From Piromyces finnis finn (lineage: Eukaryota; Fungi; Neocallimastigomycota): DNA of 64,000 bases. The notes below the pieces were generated by a model. It was not told the origin of the DNA. It did not search any database and saw nothing but the letters and a program-made list of their open reading frames with translations. Numbering within the stretch: position 1 is the first letter of the stretch; every line of letters begins with the position of its first letter. The translations under genes were made by a program, and so were the position numbers. This document shows, one piece after another, positions 14,894 through 32,070 of the stretch. The DNA is taken from positions 868,001 to 932,000 of the forward strand of contig MCFH01000005.1 in assembly GCA_002104945.1 (NCBI GenBank), written 5' to 3'.

Positions 14894-15061
14894 GTCTATT
14901 TATGCTCATGGTACTGAGAGAGTAGAAAGAATTAAATCCAAGTATTGCGCAATGGATGCTTGGTTAGTCTTTAAGGGAAAATTATTAGGACTAAGCTCAT
15001 GGTACTGAGCGATTAAAAAACATTTTATTCATCGAATTTAAGTATTTGATGAATAAGTTGA

Positions 15062-17800
15062 ATGTTTGATATTCATCTTCATTGGATTAAAACAGGATGT
15101 GAGTATATGAAAAGTCATAATCCTAAGAAGGCCTGGAAATGGATCAAGAAAACTGCAAAAATTGGAAAAGATTCTTTCTTTATTGCTCAACCAATTAAAA
15201 ACAAAAATGGAGAATTAGTTGTTGCTACGGAAGAACAACTAGATGTGTGGCATGATCATTTCGAAAAGCTTGCATCAGATCCAAGTGGTGTAAGTCTTGA
15301 TTTGGAGCATTGGTATGAAGAACCAACGAATAAACGTTTTTCACTCCCTATGCTTGATGAATGGGATATCAACCAAGATATTAGTATTGATGAAGTCAAG
15401 TCAGCTATCCTCTCTACTCCGAATTATAAAGCATCAGGTCCGGATGGTATTCCAATTGAATTTTACAAAGCATTAATTCCATCAAGTAATGATTCTAATA
15501 ATGCTACAGATAATAATTCTTCCGGTAATACCACTTCAGATAATGATGCTTATGGTTTAAATTTTATTCTTAAATTATTCAACCGTATTTGGGATGGAGA
15601 CTTCCCCAACTCATGGAATGAATCCAGTATTGTTTCTATTCCTAAGAAGGGAGATTTGACAGATTGTGATAACTATCGAGGTATATCACTTATCAATAAT
15701 GGTATTAAGTTGATTTCCAAAATTGTCACCACTAGAATCTCAGAATATGGTCTAAAGAATAATTTCATTAGACCTGAACAATTTGGTTTTCGAAAAAAGG
15801 AAGAAAGTATCAGTCTTTTCATTTCAATCCAAGAAATATGCCGTAGACGTCAATTAGATAATAAAGAGACATATTTGGCCTTTTTAGATCTCAGGAAAGC
15901 ATACGATTCAGTCCCAATCGGTAATATTCTCCATAAATTAGATTGTTTAGGAATCCGAGGTAAGAGTTTACAATTCATCAAAAATTTATATTTAACATCT
16001 AAGGCTAATGTCAAATTAGATGGACAATTCTCGAAATCTTTTGATGTGAAGAAAGGAGTCCGTCAAGGATGCCCTCTTTCTCCTATTCTCTTTAATCTCT
16101 TTATTAATGATATATTTAAAGAGTGCGAAGATCTAGGAGTCAGTTTAGGTGACACTCGATGCTGTGGTGGACTTTTTGCAGATGATATAGTTATTTGTGC
16201 TCCAACAAGAGGATGCTTAAAAAAGATGCTTAGAAGAGTTAATGAATGGGCCTTGTATAATGAAATGGAATTTGGTATCCAGAAGTGTTCAACGATGGTG
16301 ATTCGTCCTGAATCAATAGAAAATCAGAACAAGAGAGATCCAACATTTTACTTAGCAGGACAACCCATTCCAACTACTGATTGTTATACTTATCTTGGTG
16401 TTCCATTTGATAAGAATCTGTCCCTTAAACCAGTTATTAAAGCTCTTAATAACAAGGTTTTGAAAGGGCTTTTTTCAGTCAGTAAATTCTTAAGAAATCC
16501 TAATATTCCTATTCCCTTCAAAAAGCTAGTACTTAACTCACAAGTGATTAGCAGAGTTTCATACTTTGCACCATTTCTTGGATCCAACAAAGCCAGGTCT
16601 AGAATTGCACAGAAGCATGTTAACAAAGGAATACGATGGGTTGCCGGAGTTCATAAAGCTGTATCGTTTATATCTTTATACTCTATCTCAAAAGATTTGA
16701 ATATTCCTCCATTGTCAGCCAAATGTGCTTTAGCTCAGGTTAAATGTTTTAACAAATGGAAAAACTCAAATTGTATTATCTCACACCTTGTCAATTACAT
16801 TCCTAAATTTAGAAAATACACGTGGTGCAAATCAAGTAGGACACTTGATAAAAAACTTAAGAAACATGGAGATGTTAAAGCAGTTAAAAACTTTTATTGG
16901 AAAGATCTCAAAGGGAATTCAATCAAAGCGCAATATTATGATGATAATAAGTTTATTGAAACTAAAGATTTTATTAAATTATGTTATGAGTACCCAGAGT
17001 TTGCCTATGGCTTCTACTGGCTATTGAAAGCAAGAAGCGGATACAAGTTGGATGCTAGAGTTGCCAAAGCTGCCAAATTTGTTGATCCAGTTTGTCCTAA
17101 CTACTGTCCATGTTGCAAGTGTGGAGATCAAAGTATTAAACATTGGTTATTAGATTGTCCAACATTTAGAGATATCCGTATTAAACATTATGATTCCATA
17201 GTCCATCTATTAAATTTTTTCAGTCAACGTAATTCCAATAGTCCTATCAATAATAATGAAAATGTTAATATCAGTAGAGATAGTAATAACATTAATAGTA
17301 ATAGTAACAATAGTAGTAATAACAATAGTAATAGTAACAATAGTAATAGTAACAATAGTAATAATAACAATAATAGAAATAATAATATTAGTAATGATAG
17401 CAATAGTGAAGATAATAATTCTAATTTAGATAGTAATTTAGTTAATGATAGTAATAGTTCTAATAATCCGGTGAATATTAATGTGTATGATTATTCTAGT
17501 GTGTGCAGTAAAATATTTAAATTCCTTCTTGGGGGAAGAAGTTTTAACAATATCAATTACAATTCAAGGGAATGGAAAGAACTTTGTAAGCGTCAGATTC
17601 AATCTGGTACTAATGAAGGAACACCATTCTTGACGGTAACCGCGGAACTTCTAACCAAAATCATGCCTTTTGCTATTGGCCAGCAATGGTCAATGTTCAA
17701 AAGGTTTGAAGCAACATCCAAGAGCGTCAATGCTGAAGAAACAGTAAGACAGGCCAGGAGGGCCAGCGCAACCAATGGAGATCATAATTTTGTTCCATGA
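15062..17800 (+). CDS. Non-LTR reverse transcriptase ORF (912 aa) with C-terminal CxxC..HxxxxC knuckle and Asn-rich insert; lacks the APE domain
   Basis: Motifs ASGPDGIP, NYRGISL, QFGFR, FLDLRKAYDSV, GVRQGCPLSPILFNLFIND, LFADD, YTYLG, CPCCKCGDQSIKHWLLDC. Confidence 0.93.
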   Translation: MFDIHLHWIKTGCEYMKSHNPKKAWKWIKKTAKIGKDSFFIAQPIKNKNGELVVATEEQLDVWHDHFEKLASDPSGVSLDLEHWYEEPTNKRFSLPMLDEWDINQDISIDEVKSAILSTPNYKASGPDGIPIEFYKALIPSSNDSNNATDNNSSGNTTSDNDAYGLNFILKLFNRIWDGDFPNSWNESSIVSIPKKGDLTDCDNYRGISLINNGIKLISKIVTTRISEYGLKNNFIRPEQFGFRKKEESISLFISIQEICRRRQLDNKETYLAFLDLRKAYDSVPIGNILHKLDCLGIRGKSLQFIKNLYLTSKANVKLDGQFSKSFDVKKGVRQGCPLSPILFNLFINDIFKECEDLGVSLGDTRCCGGLFADDIVICAPTRGCLKKMLRRVNEWALYNEMEFGIQKCSTMVIRPESIENQNKRDPTFYLAGQPIPTTDCYTYLGVPFDKNLSLKPVIKALNNKVLKGLFSVSKFLRNPNIPIPFKKLVLNSQVISRVSYFAPFLGSNKARSRIAQKHVNKGIRWVAGVHKAVSFISLYSISKDLNIPPLSAKCALAQVKCFNKWKNSNCIISHLVNYIPKFRKYTWCKSSRTLDKKLKKHGDVKAVKNFYWKDLKGNSIKAQYYDDNKFIETKDFIKLCYEYPEFAYGFYWLLKARSGYKLDARVAKAAKFVDPVCPNYCPCCKCGDQSIKHWLLDCPTFRDIRIKHYDSIVHLLNFFSQRNSNSPINNNENVNISRDSNNINSNSNNSSNNNSNSNNSNSNNSNNNNNRNNNISNDSNSEDNNSNLDSNLVNDSNSSNNPVNINVYDYSSVCSKIFKFLLGGRSFNNINYNSREWKELCKRQIQSGTNEGTPFLTVTAELLTKIMPFAIGQQWSMFKRFEATSKSVNAEETVRQARRASATNGDHNFVP

Positions 17801-18036
17801 TAAAATTTTGATCTTTGGCTCGGTGTCCCATTGGATGTCAAATACAATTATTATACTTTAGTATAATAGTGGCTTTCTTACTTTAATTAAAATTACTAGA
17901 ATACATTATACCCAATTTTTATTCATTTGTGTTTATTTAAACATATTTTTTTTATTTTTATTTTAATTTTAATTTTTTTATTACATGTATTATAATTTTA
18001 ATTAAATTAATAATAAAGTTTAAAATATTTGATGCC

Positions 18037-18082
<46 letters not shown>
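15076..18082 (+). mobile_element. Element A: young 5'-truncated non-LTR retrotransposon (L1/Tx1-like features; RT + CCHC, no endonuclease) with A43 tail
   Basis: Pure poly(A) at 18040-18082; exact 12-bp TSD GTTTGATATTCA at 15064-15075 and 18083-18094; uninterrupted RT ORF. Confidence 0.93.
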
Positions 18083-18086
<4 letters not shown>

Positions 18087-18635
18087 GATATTCAGGTAAG
18101 TTTGTATAGTATTTAATTAGAAGAGTAATACATTTTGTTGCTGTATTTTTTCTTTTATTCATGTATTCATGTAGTACTACTTTTCTCTTGTAAGAATCCA
18201 ATGTAGTCAACTTTAGCATTTGCATTGTATTTTTATATTCATGTAGCTATTGTTGTATTGTTTCTTGTAAGAGACTGATTCACTCTACATCATGTAAAAA
18301 TACTATTCACAAGCTTTCTGGTGTCGACATTCTTGATTCAAATTTTTTACCAATTTAAATATTTAATGAAAAGTAAAGTCAAACAATTTTAGTGTCAAAA
18401 GCGAATCGAATTTACTAACAACAAACCAAAACTAGAATTTTTAAAAAAAGTTAACAACTAGAATTCAAAAAAAAAAAAAAAAGAAACTTTAAACAAAGCA
18501 TCGTAACAATTTTTGTACTATCCAGTACTTTTAAGAAGAGAGAGAGAGACAGATTTTTTTTCCATATACGTTATATTTATAATTTTTATTAGTATTTATT
18601 TTATATTCAATATTTTTTAATTAGAATTAATTATC

Positions 18636-20533
18636 ATGTCAGTCCTTTATATTAAAGATAAGAATTATATCAGACGTGGTACCTGGTCTTATGGTATCCC
18701 CTTAGATGATATTCGCTCCTTCTTTATCCGTGGTATTCGATCATGGTCAGTAAATATGCTATGGGAAAAACTCGAGGTTATTCTAGAAGATAAATTTAAT
18801 TCAGTTATTAGTGTTAAATATTTTCAAACTTTCAATGATCACTTTTTCTTAGTCAAGGTTCATGGTTCATCGAAAGATTGTATTAAAATCTTACACATGT
18901 TAAAGAAGAAACTTTCAGTTACCTCAATTTCCTTTTCAGCTCGTAGTAGAAGGAATCACAAATACACTTTTTCCACACTCAAACGTAAAATTTTAGTTTC
19001 TAATAAACATCAACATTCTATTCAACAATCATTTCAACAATCAGTTCAACAATCTCATCAACAATCCGATCTTCAACAAGATCTTCAACAAGATCTTCAA
19101 CAAGTTTCCCATCATGAAAATATTCCAGATCTACAGCAAACACAATTTCAATCTCAACATTCAACAATTAATTCTAATAGCTCTATCAACTCTGCTAACA
19201 GTTCAATAGTTGATAGTTCTTCAGTTTCACAGCCATCTAGTAATAGTTCTACTTATTCCTCTGATGCATCATCCATTAATAACGATGACTTTAATAATAA
19301 TAATAATAGCAACGATTCTTCCTCATCCAACAAGCCTGATAACTTTTCTTTTTGTCTTAGTTGGAACACCAATGGGTGGAATCATGAAAAGAGAGATAGT
19401 ATTAGCTATTTTCAAACCATTATTTTTATGTTTCCAAGAAACTGGTAATGGTTCTGGATCGAATACAGATTATCCTTGTCGTGTTACTTTGCGAAACTAT
19501 AGACACTTTTTCAAGAAAGCTGACGAATCAGTTCCTGGAATGAGAGGTTTATATTTAGGTTTTCACAATTCGTGTCAAGCCTCACTTGAAAACTTCTCTG
19601 GAAAGTATATTATTTCTATTTATACTTTTAGTCTCTGGAATAGATTCAAATGCTCGATTGGAAATGTTTATATGCCTCATAGTCATCACAACATCTATGT
19701 TGATCATGCAAAGTTAGAAGTTCGCTTGTGGTTACAAACTCATTCATCCCATCCATCGATTCTTGTTGGTGATTTTAATATGTCTAAAGTAAAATTATCC
19801 AACTGGTTATCAACTAATGGATTAGGAGATTGGGAAATTCTTCCGCTTAGAGGGTCGACTATCTCTTGGACTCGAGGTGATCAATCTTCCGACATTGACC
19901 ATGCTCTTATCAATTCGAAGATGAAAGATCTTATTCACTCAGGATCATTTATAAATAATTTTTATCCAGTATCAGACCATAAGCCACTTCTTATTAATGG
20001 TAAAATTATTCCTATGGATGATTTTTCTATTGACTTTAATGTTCCTAAGAAAATTCTGAAATGGAATAGATTAAAATGTGGTGATCAAAATATTAAGCAT
20101 TGGCTATTAGATTGTCCAACTTTTAGAGATATCAGTATTAAACATTACAATTCCATAGTCCAGCTATTAAATTTTATCAGTCAACGTAATTCCAACAGTC
20201 CTATCAATAATAATGAAAATGTTAGTATCAGTAGAGATAGCAATAATAATAATAGTAACAATAGTAATAGTTGCAATAGTAATAATACCTATAGTCATTA
20301 CAATAATAATACTAATAGTAGAAGTAATAATAGTAGTAATAGCAATAGTGAAGATAACCATTTTAATTTAGATAGTAATTTAGTTAATAAAAATAATAGT
20401 TTTAATAATCCGGTGAATATTAATGTGTATGATTATTCTAGTGTGTGCAATAAAATATTTAAATTCCTTCTTGGGGGAAGAAGTTTTAACAATATTAATT
20501 AAATTAATAATAAAGTTTAAAATATTTGATGCC

Positions 20534-20568
<35 letters not shown>

Positions 20569-20823
20569 AACAATATCAATTCTAATTCAAGAGACTGGAA
20601 AGAATTTTGCAAATGTCAGATTCAATCGGGCACCTACGAAGGAACACCATTTTTGATGGTAACAACGGAACTTCTAACCAAAATCATGCCTTTTGCTATT
20701 GGCCAGCAATGGTCAATGTTCAAAAGGTTTGAAGCAACATCCAAGAGCGTCAATGCTGAAGAAACAGTAAGACAGGCCAGGAGGGCCAGCGCAACCAATG
20801 GAGATCATAATTTTGTCCCATGA
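18636..20823 (+). pseudogene. Disrupted ORF of element B: N-terminal domain - Q/S/N linker - APE endonuclease - (RT deleted) - CCHC - tail
   Basis: APE motifs SWNTNG, LCFQETG, IGNVYMP, ILVGDFN, DIDHAL and VSDHKP. Frameshift near 19412, deletion junction near 20073, and a nested insertion at 20496-20565. Confidence 0.85.
20496..20565 (+). mobile_element. Micro retro-insertion: 41 nt of LINE 3' UTR + A29
   Basis: The 41 nt are identical to 17999-18039. It is flanked by an 11-bp TSD TTTAACAATAT (20485-20495 and 20566-20576). Confidence 0.92.
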
Positions 20824-22731
20824 TAAAATTTTGATCTTTGACTCGGTGTCCCATTGGAAGTCAAATACAATTATTACACTTTAGTAGCATTCTTACTTTA
20901 ATTAAAAATACTAGAATACATTATACCCAATTTTTATTCATTTCTATTTATTTAAACATATTTTTTTTTTTTTTTTTTTATTTTTAACATGTATTATAAT
21001 TCTAATTAAATTAATAATAAAGATTAAAAGTATTTAATATCGTTAAAAAAAAAAAAAAAGGTTTTCATTGTACATATAAAGAGGGTTCTACGGTTTTCTT
21101 AGTAAAATTATATGTATTACTAATAGTTCTATGAAGTTGTTTCAAACTTTATTAATATATCTAAAAATAAAATAGATATATGCAAAATACTTATAATCTT
21201 TTTTTGTGTAGAGTATTAAATTTATTATTACTATCGTTAAAAAGTGTCAATGAAAGAAATATTTTAATACAAAATTATTTAATAAGTAATACATAATAAG
21301 TTATAAATATTATGATTAAAAAGACTAATACTTTTATGCAAAGTTTTATTTTTAATAGTTTTTTTTTTTTTTGAGTTTATATATACTAAGACCATTAATA
21401 ATTCACAATTGAAAAAGCAATATTAATTGGTTTGTATATAAAGTGATAGAATATTTTACATATATATATATTATTTTATATTTTAATTTTTTTTAATAAT
21501 TGAATTAACTTCAAAGAACTTTATCTGTTAATATGAAAATACAATAAAAATTAAAAAGTATTTTTCAAAAAATAAGTCAAAATGTATATTCTTATATACG
21601 TTTCTTTTTTTACAATTAAAATTAAAAACCATAGGAGCTATAAAATAAAAATAAATGTATTTTAAATCATTAAAAACAAAATAATTACACGTTTAATGCT
21701 AATATTAAAATTAAATATATTTCAAGGAATTTTAATAGTATTGTTTATATAGATGAAGTTTAATGATAAAAACAAGTCAATATGAATATAATAGATAGTA
21801 AATCAGTTTTTTGTAGTTATTTTATGAATCATTATTTTTTTTATAAACATTAAGAAATTATATTATATATATTTTTTCTATTTTCCAAAATTTATTAATG
21901 TAAAATAACTACTATTGAATTTATTCTTCCTATTTCATTTATAATTTTATTCTTTAAAATTTTCAGATTATTCTTTTTAAATATTATTTTTTTTAAATAT
22001 TTTTTAAATATATTTTAGTATTTAATTTAATTAAAAATTTTTTTAATTAAAAAAGTGTTTCTTTTTTTTTTTTTTTTTTTTTTAAAAAAAACAAACTGGT
22101 ATTAAAAAGTTTTTATATTTAAATTAATTTTTATTTTTTCCTTTTTTTATTTATTAATATTTAATATGAAATAAAAGATATTATAAACATCCGTGATATA
22201 TTTTAATATTTTTTTAATAATACTGTATATTTGAAAAAATAGAGTGTATTTCATTGTAATATGCTTTATATTTTATATATTTTTTTTTTTTTACTAACAT
22301 TACGTTCTTTTTAAAGTATTATAATTTTTTTTTTTAGTAAACTTTAAATCATATAATTGTAATTGTACTTTATTATTTTTTACTTGCTGCTTTATAAATA
22401 TGATATATTAATAAAAAATTAGAAAAAAAAAAAACCTTAAAAATTACTATTTTTATTTTGTTTTAATTGAATTACAGAATTAAATTATAAAAAAATTAAT
22501 AACCTATATTAATTGTTTAAATAAATTAATACTGCTATTGTTTAGTTTTAGTGTAAGAAATAAGTTTATACTATATAGATAAAATTAGAAAATATAGAAA
22601 TATTAATAATAAAAGGATTATTGGAATATAATTATATAAAATAATATTTAATTTAGTGAATTGACCATACTTAAGGTGTTTATTAATATTTATTAAAAGA
22701 AAAAAAGTTTTATTAGAATATTTAAAATATC

Positions 22732-29507
<6,776 letters not shown>

Positions 29508-30382
29508 TTATAGAATTACGGAAGAAAACCAATTAATGAAAAATGTATTAATAATATATAAAATATTTATATATATATTTTAATTTTATTTATTTTGTAT
29601 TATTCTGTTATCTTTACCTATATATACTTTAATTATTAATATATTTATAAATAAAAACTATATCTAATTAAAAATGTAATAAAAATTATATCAAATCAAC
29701 AATAATAATATATTCATATATATTCATATTTATTCATATTTATTTATATTTATATATTTTTACTTTTTCCTTATTAAATAAATTAATTTATTTTGTTATA
29801 TGAGAATTATAGGAATTAATTGCTAAACTTATATTTAATTTTTCATATTAAATAATTAAAATATTATTAATATATTTTGTATAAATATTTAAAACTTTTT
29901 ATGTTATTTAATAACAACAATTGAATATTCATTGGTATATATAGAAAAATATAACCAGAAATAAAATAAAAAGAATGGCTTATTAATAATCTTCCTCACA
30001 AAGTTTGAATTATAAGAATAAATTTATTTATTTTGTATGGAATTGAAAAATTATAGGAAAAAATTCCTGTTAAGTAGGATCCGCTTAATTAGGTAATTTT
30101 TAATTTATTATAAAATAAACTTTATCTTTTAATACATATTTAATATAATACGAAAAAAAAATAAACATAAATTTTAATTATTTAATTATAATTAAGATAA
30201 AAAGAAATTAAAACTAATTTAAAAAAAGAATTAAAAATTAAAATTGAGATTAAAATTTAAATTTAAATAAAAGATATTTTCTTTTTTTCTTTTCTTATTT
30301 CTTTATTATCTTTTAACCATAATATAAAATATAAATAAAAAATAAGAATACTAAAATACTGTTATTACTATATATATAAAAA

Positions 30383-32070
30383 ATGTCTTCATTATTAAAT
30401 TCTGTCGGTACAATTTTAAAAACTAACGTAATTAAGCCAAGTCAATTTTCAACATTATTTCATAAGTCATACTCTAATAAAAGTAAAGTTTTAATTCCAA
30501 ATAGTATTAAGACTAAACTTAATCCTATTAAAATTGAAAAAAATTTAAAGGTATTATTATTTTTAAGAATACATTTTTTCAAATTTTAAGCTATAATATA
30601 TTAAAAATACATTAATTAAATTGAATTTTATAAATAGACTTTAAACTCCATTAAAGAATATCATTCTTATTCTTCAGTAAGAGATTACTGGCTTCCAAGC
30701 GTTGTTGAATCAACTGTAAATAAATATATTTGTACTATTACTATTATATATTAATAAATTAAAAAAAGTTATAAATTTTTAATAAATGTTACTATGAAAT
30801 TGAACTTTTATAATATAGCCAAGAGGTGAAAAAGTTTGGGATATTTATTCCCGTTTATTAAAAGAAAGAATTGTTTTATTATATGGCGAAGTATGTAATA
30901 TAATCTTATTTATATAATTAATATAATATTTCTAATTTTTTATTTTGATGTATGAAACATTTAAAATTTAAAAATGTCTTTTTTCATATTATAAAATCAA
31001 ATTATGAAAGGTTAATGATGTAGTTTCCTCAAGTTTAGTAGCTCAATTATTATTTTTAGAATCAGAAAATCCAAAGAAACCAATTCACATGTACATTAAC
31101 TCACCAGGAGGTAGTGTTACAGCTGGAATGGTAATTTATATTATATTTAATTATTAAATGTTAAAAAAAAATATTAAAAAATACTTTTATTATATTATTC
31201 AAAATTTTATTTCAATGCTAAATGAATATACATATTTATTAAATTATATTGAATAGGCAATATATGATACTGTAAGTATTGCTTTAGAAATATTTATATA
31301 TTTTATTTCAATTAAGAAATAATAAATTAATTGAACATGTATTAATTATATAATCATACAAAAATTATTTAATATTTGTATTATTAAACTCCATAGATGC
31401 AAGTAAGTATTATTATATCGCATCTTAATAAAAGTAAATATATACTAATCTTTCTAATAAAAATAAAAAATGGATAATATTATATAATAGTATATTTCTT
31501 CACCAGTTCATACTTTATGTATTGGTCAAGCTTGTTCTATGGGTTCTTTGCTTTTAACTGGTGGAGAACCGGGAAAACGCTCAATTTTACCAAATGCAAG
31601 AGTTATGATACATCAACCAAGGTAAAAATAACTTCAATATTCATTACTATATTTCTATACTTTATAAACAATATATATAACAAAAAAACGATTATAAATA
31701 ATAATCAATTAAATAAAGTGGTGGTGCTCGTGGTCAAGCAACTGATATTGCCATTCATTGTAATGAAATATTAAAGGTAAAGAAGAATATTAATGAAATT
31801 TATGCTAAACATACAAAGAAACCATTAAGTGTTATAGGTAAATAAATAATGATGCTATTATTAATAATTTTGTTATGTACATAAAGTATAAAAAGAAAGG
31901 TCAAATATTTTAATATCTTGAAATTTATATATAAATTAGAAAAAGCTTTAGAAAGGGATAACTTTATGTCTCCAGAAGAAGCTCTTGAATTTGGTATTGT
32001 TGATTCTATTAAAGAAAAACGTGAACTTCCTGACGAAGAACAAAATGTCGACGATAAAAAGAGTGAATAA
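30383..32070 (+). CDS. clpP: ATP-dependent Clp protease proteolytic subunit with N-terminal organellar presequence; 9 exons
   Basis: Exons 30383-30550, 30638-30715, 30819-30890, 31011-31130, 31257-31271, 31397-31402, 31491-31621, 31719-31837 and 31940-32070 give [41 protein letters not shown] (catalytic Ser), MIHQPSGG (His) and [10 protein letters not shown] (Asp). Confidence 0.95.

Larger units (their letters stand above)
18540..21059 (+). mobile_element. Element B: non-autonomous LINE copy retaining the 5' region and APE endonuclease but with the RT domain deleted; 5' boundary approximate
   Basis: The 3' part (20073-21059) is colinear with element A 17117-18082 and ends in a poly(A) tail at 21045-21059. 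APE motifs lie upstream. Confidence 0.85.

Noticed and set aside
14789-16884. Repeat pair near an RT gene resembling a DGR template/variable repeat
   Set aside because: The differences are not adenine-specific (C/T, G/T, T/C, synonymous changes), and the RT is a non-LTR type with TSD and poly(A).
19405-19420. Possible programmed frameshift between the two ORFs of element B
   Set aside because: The shift falls inside the APE domain between motifs I and II, with residues apparently missing and no slippery heptamer. It is better explained as a deletion or sequencing error.
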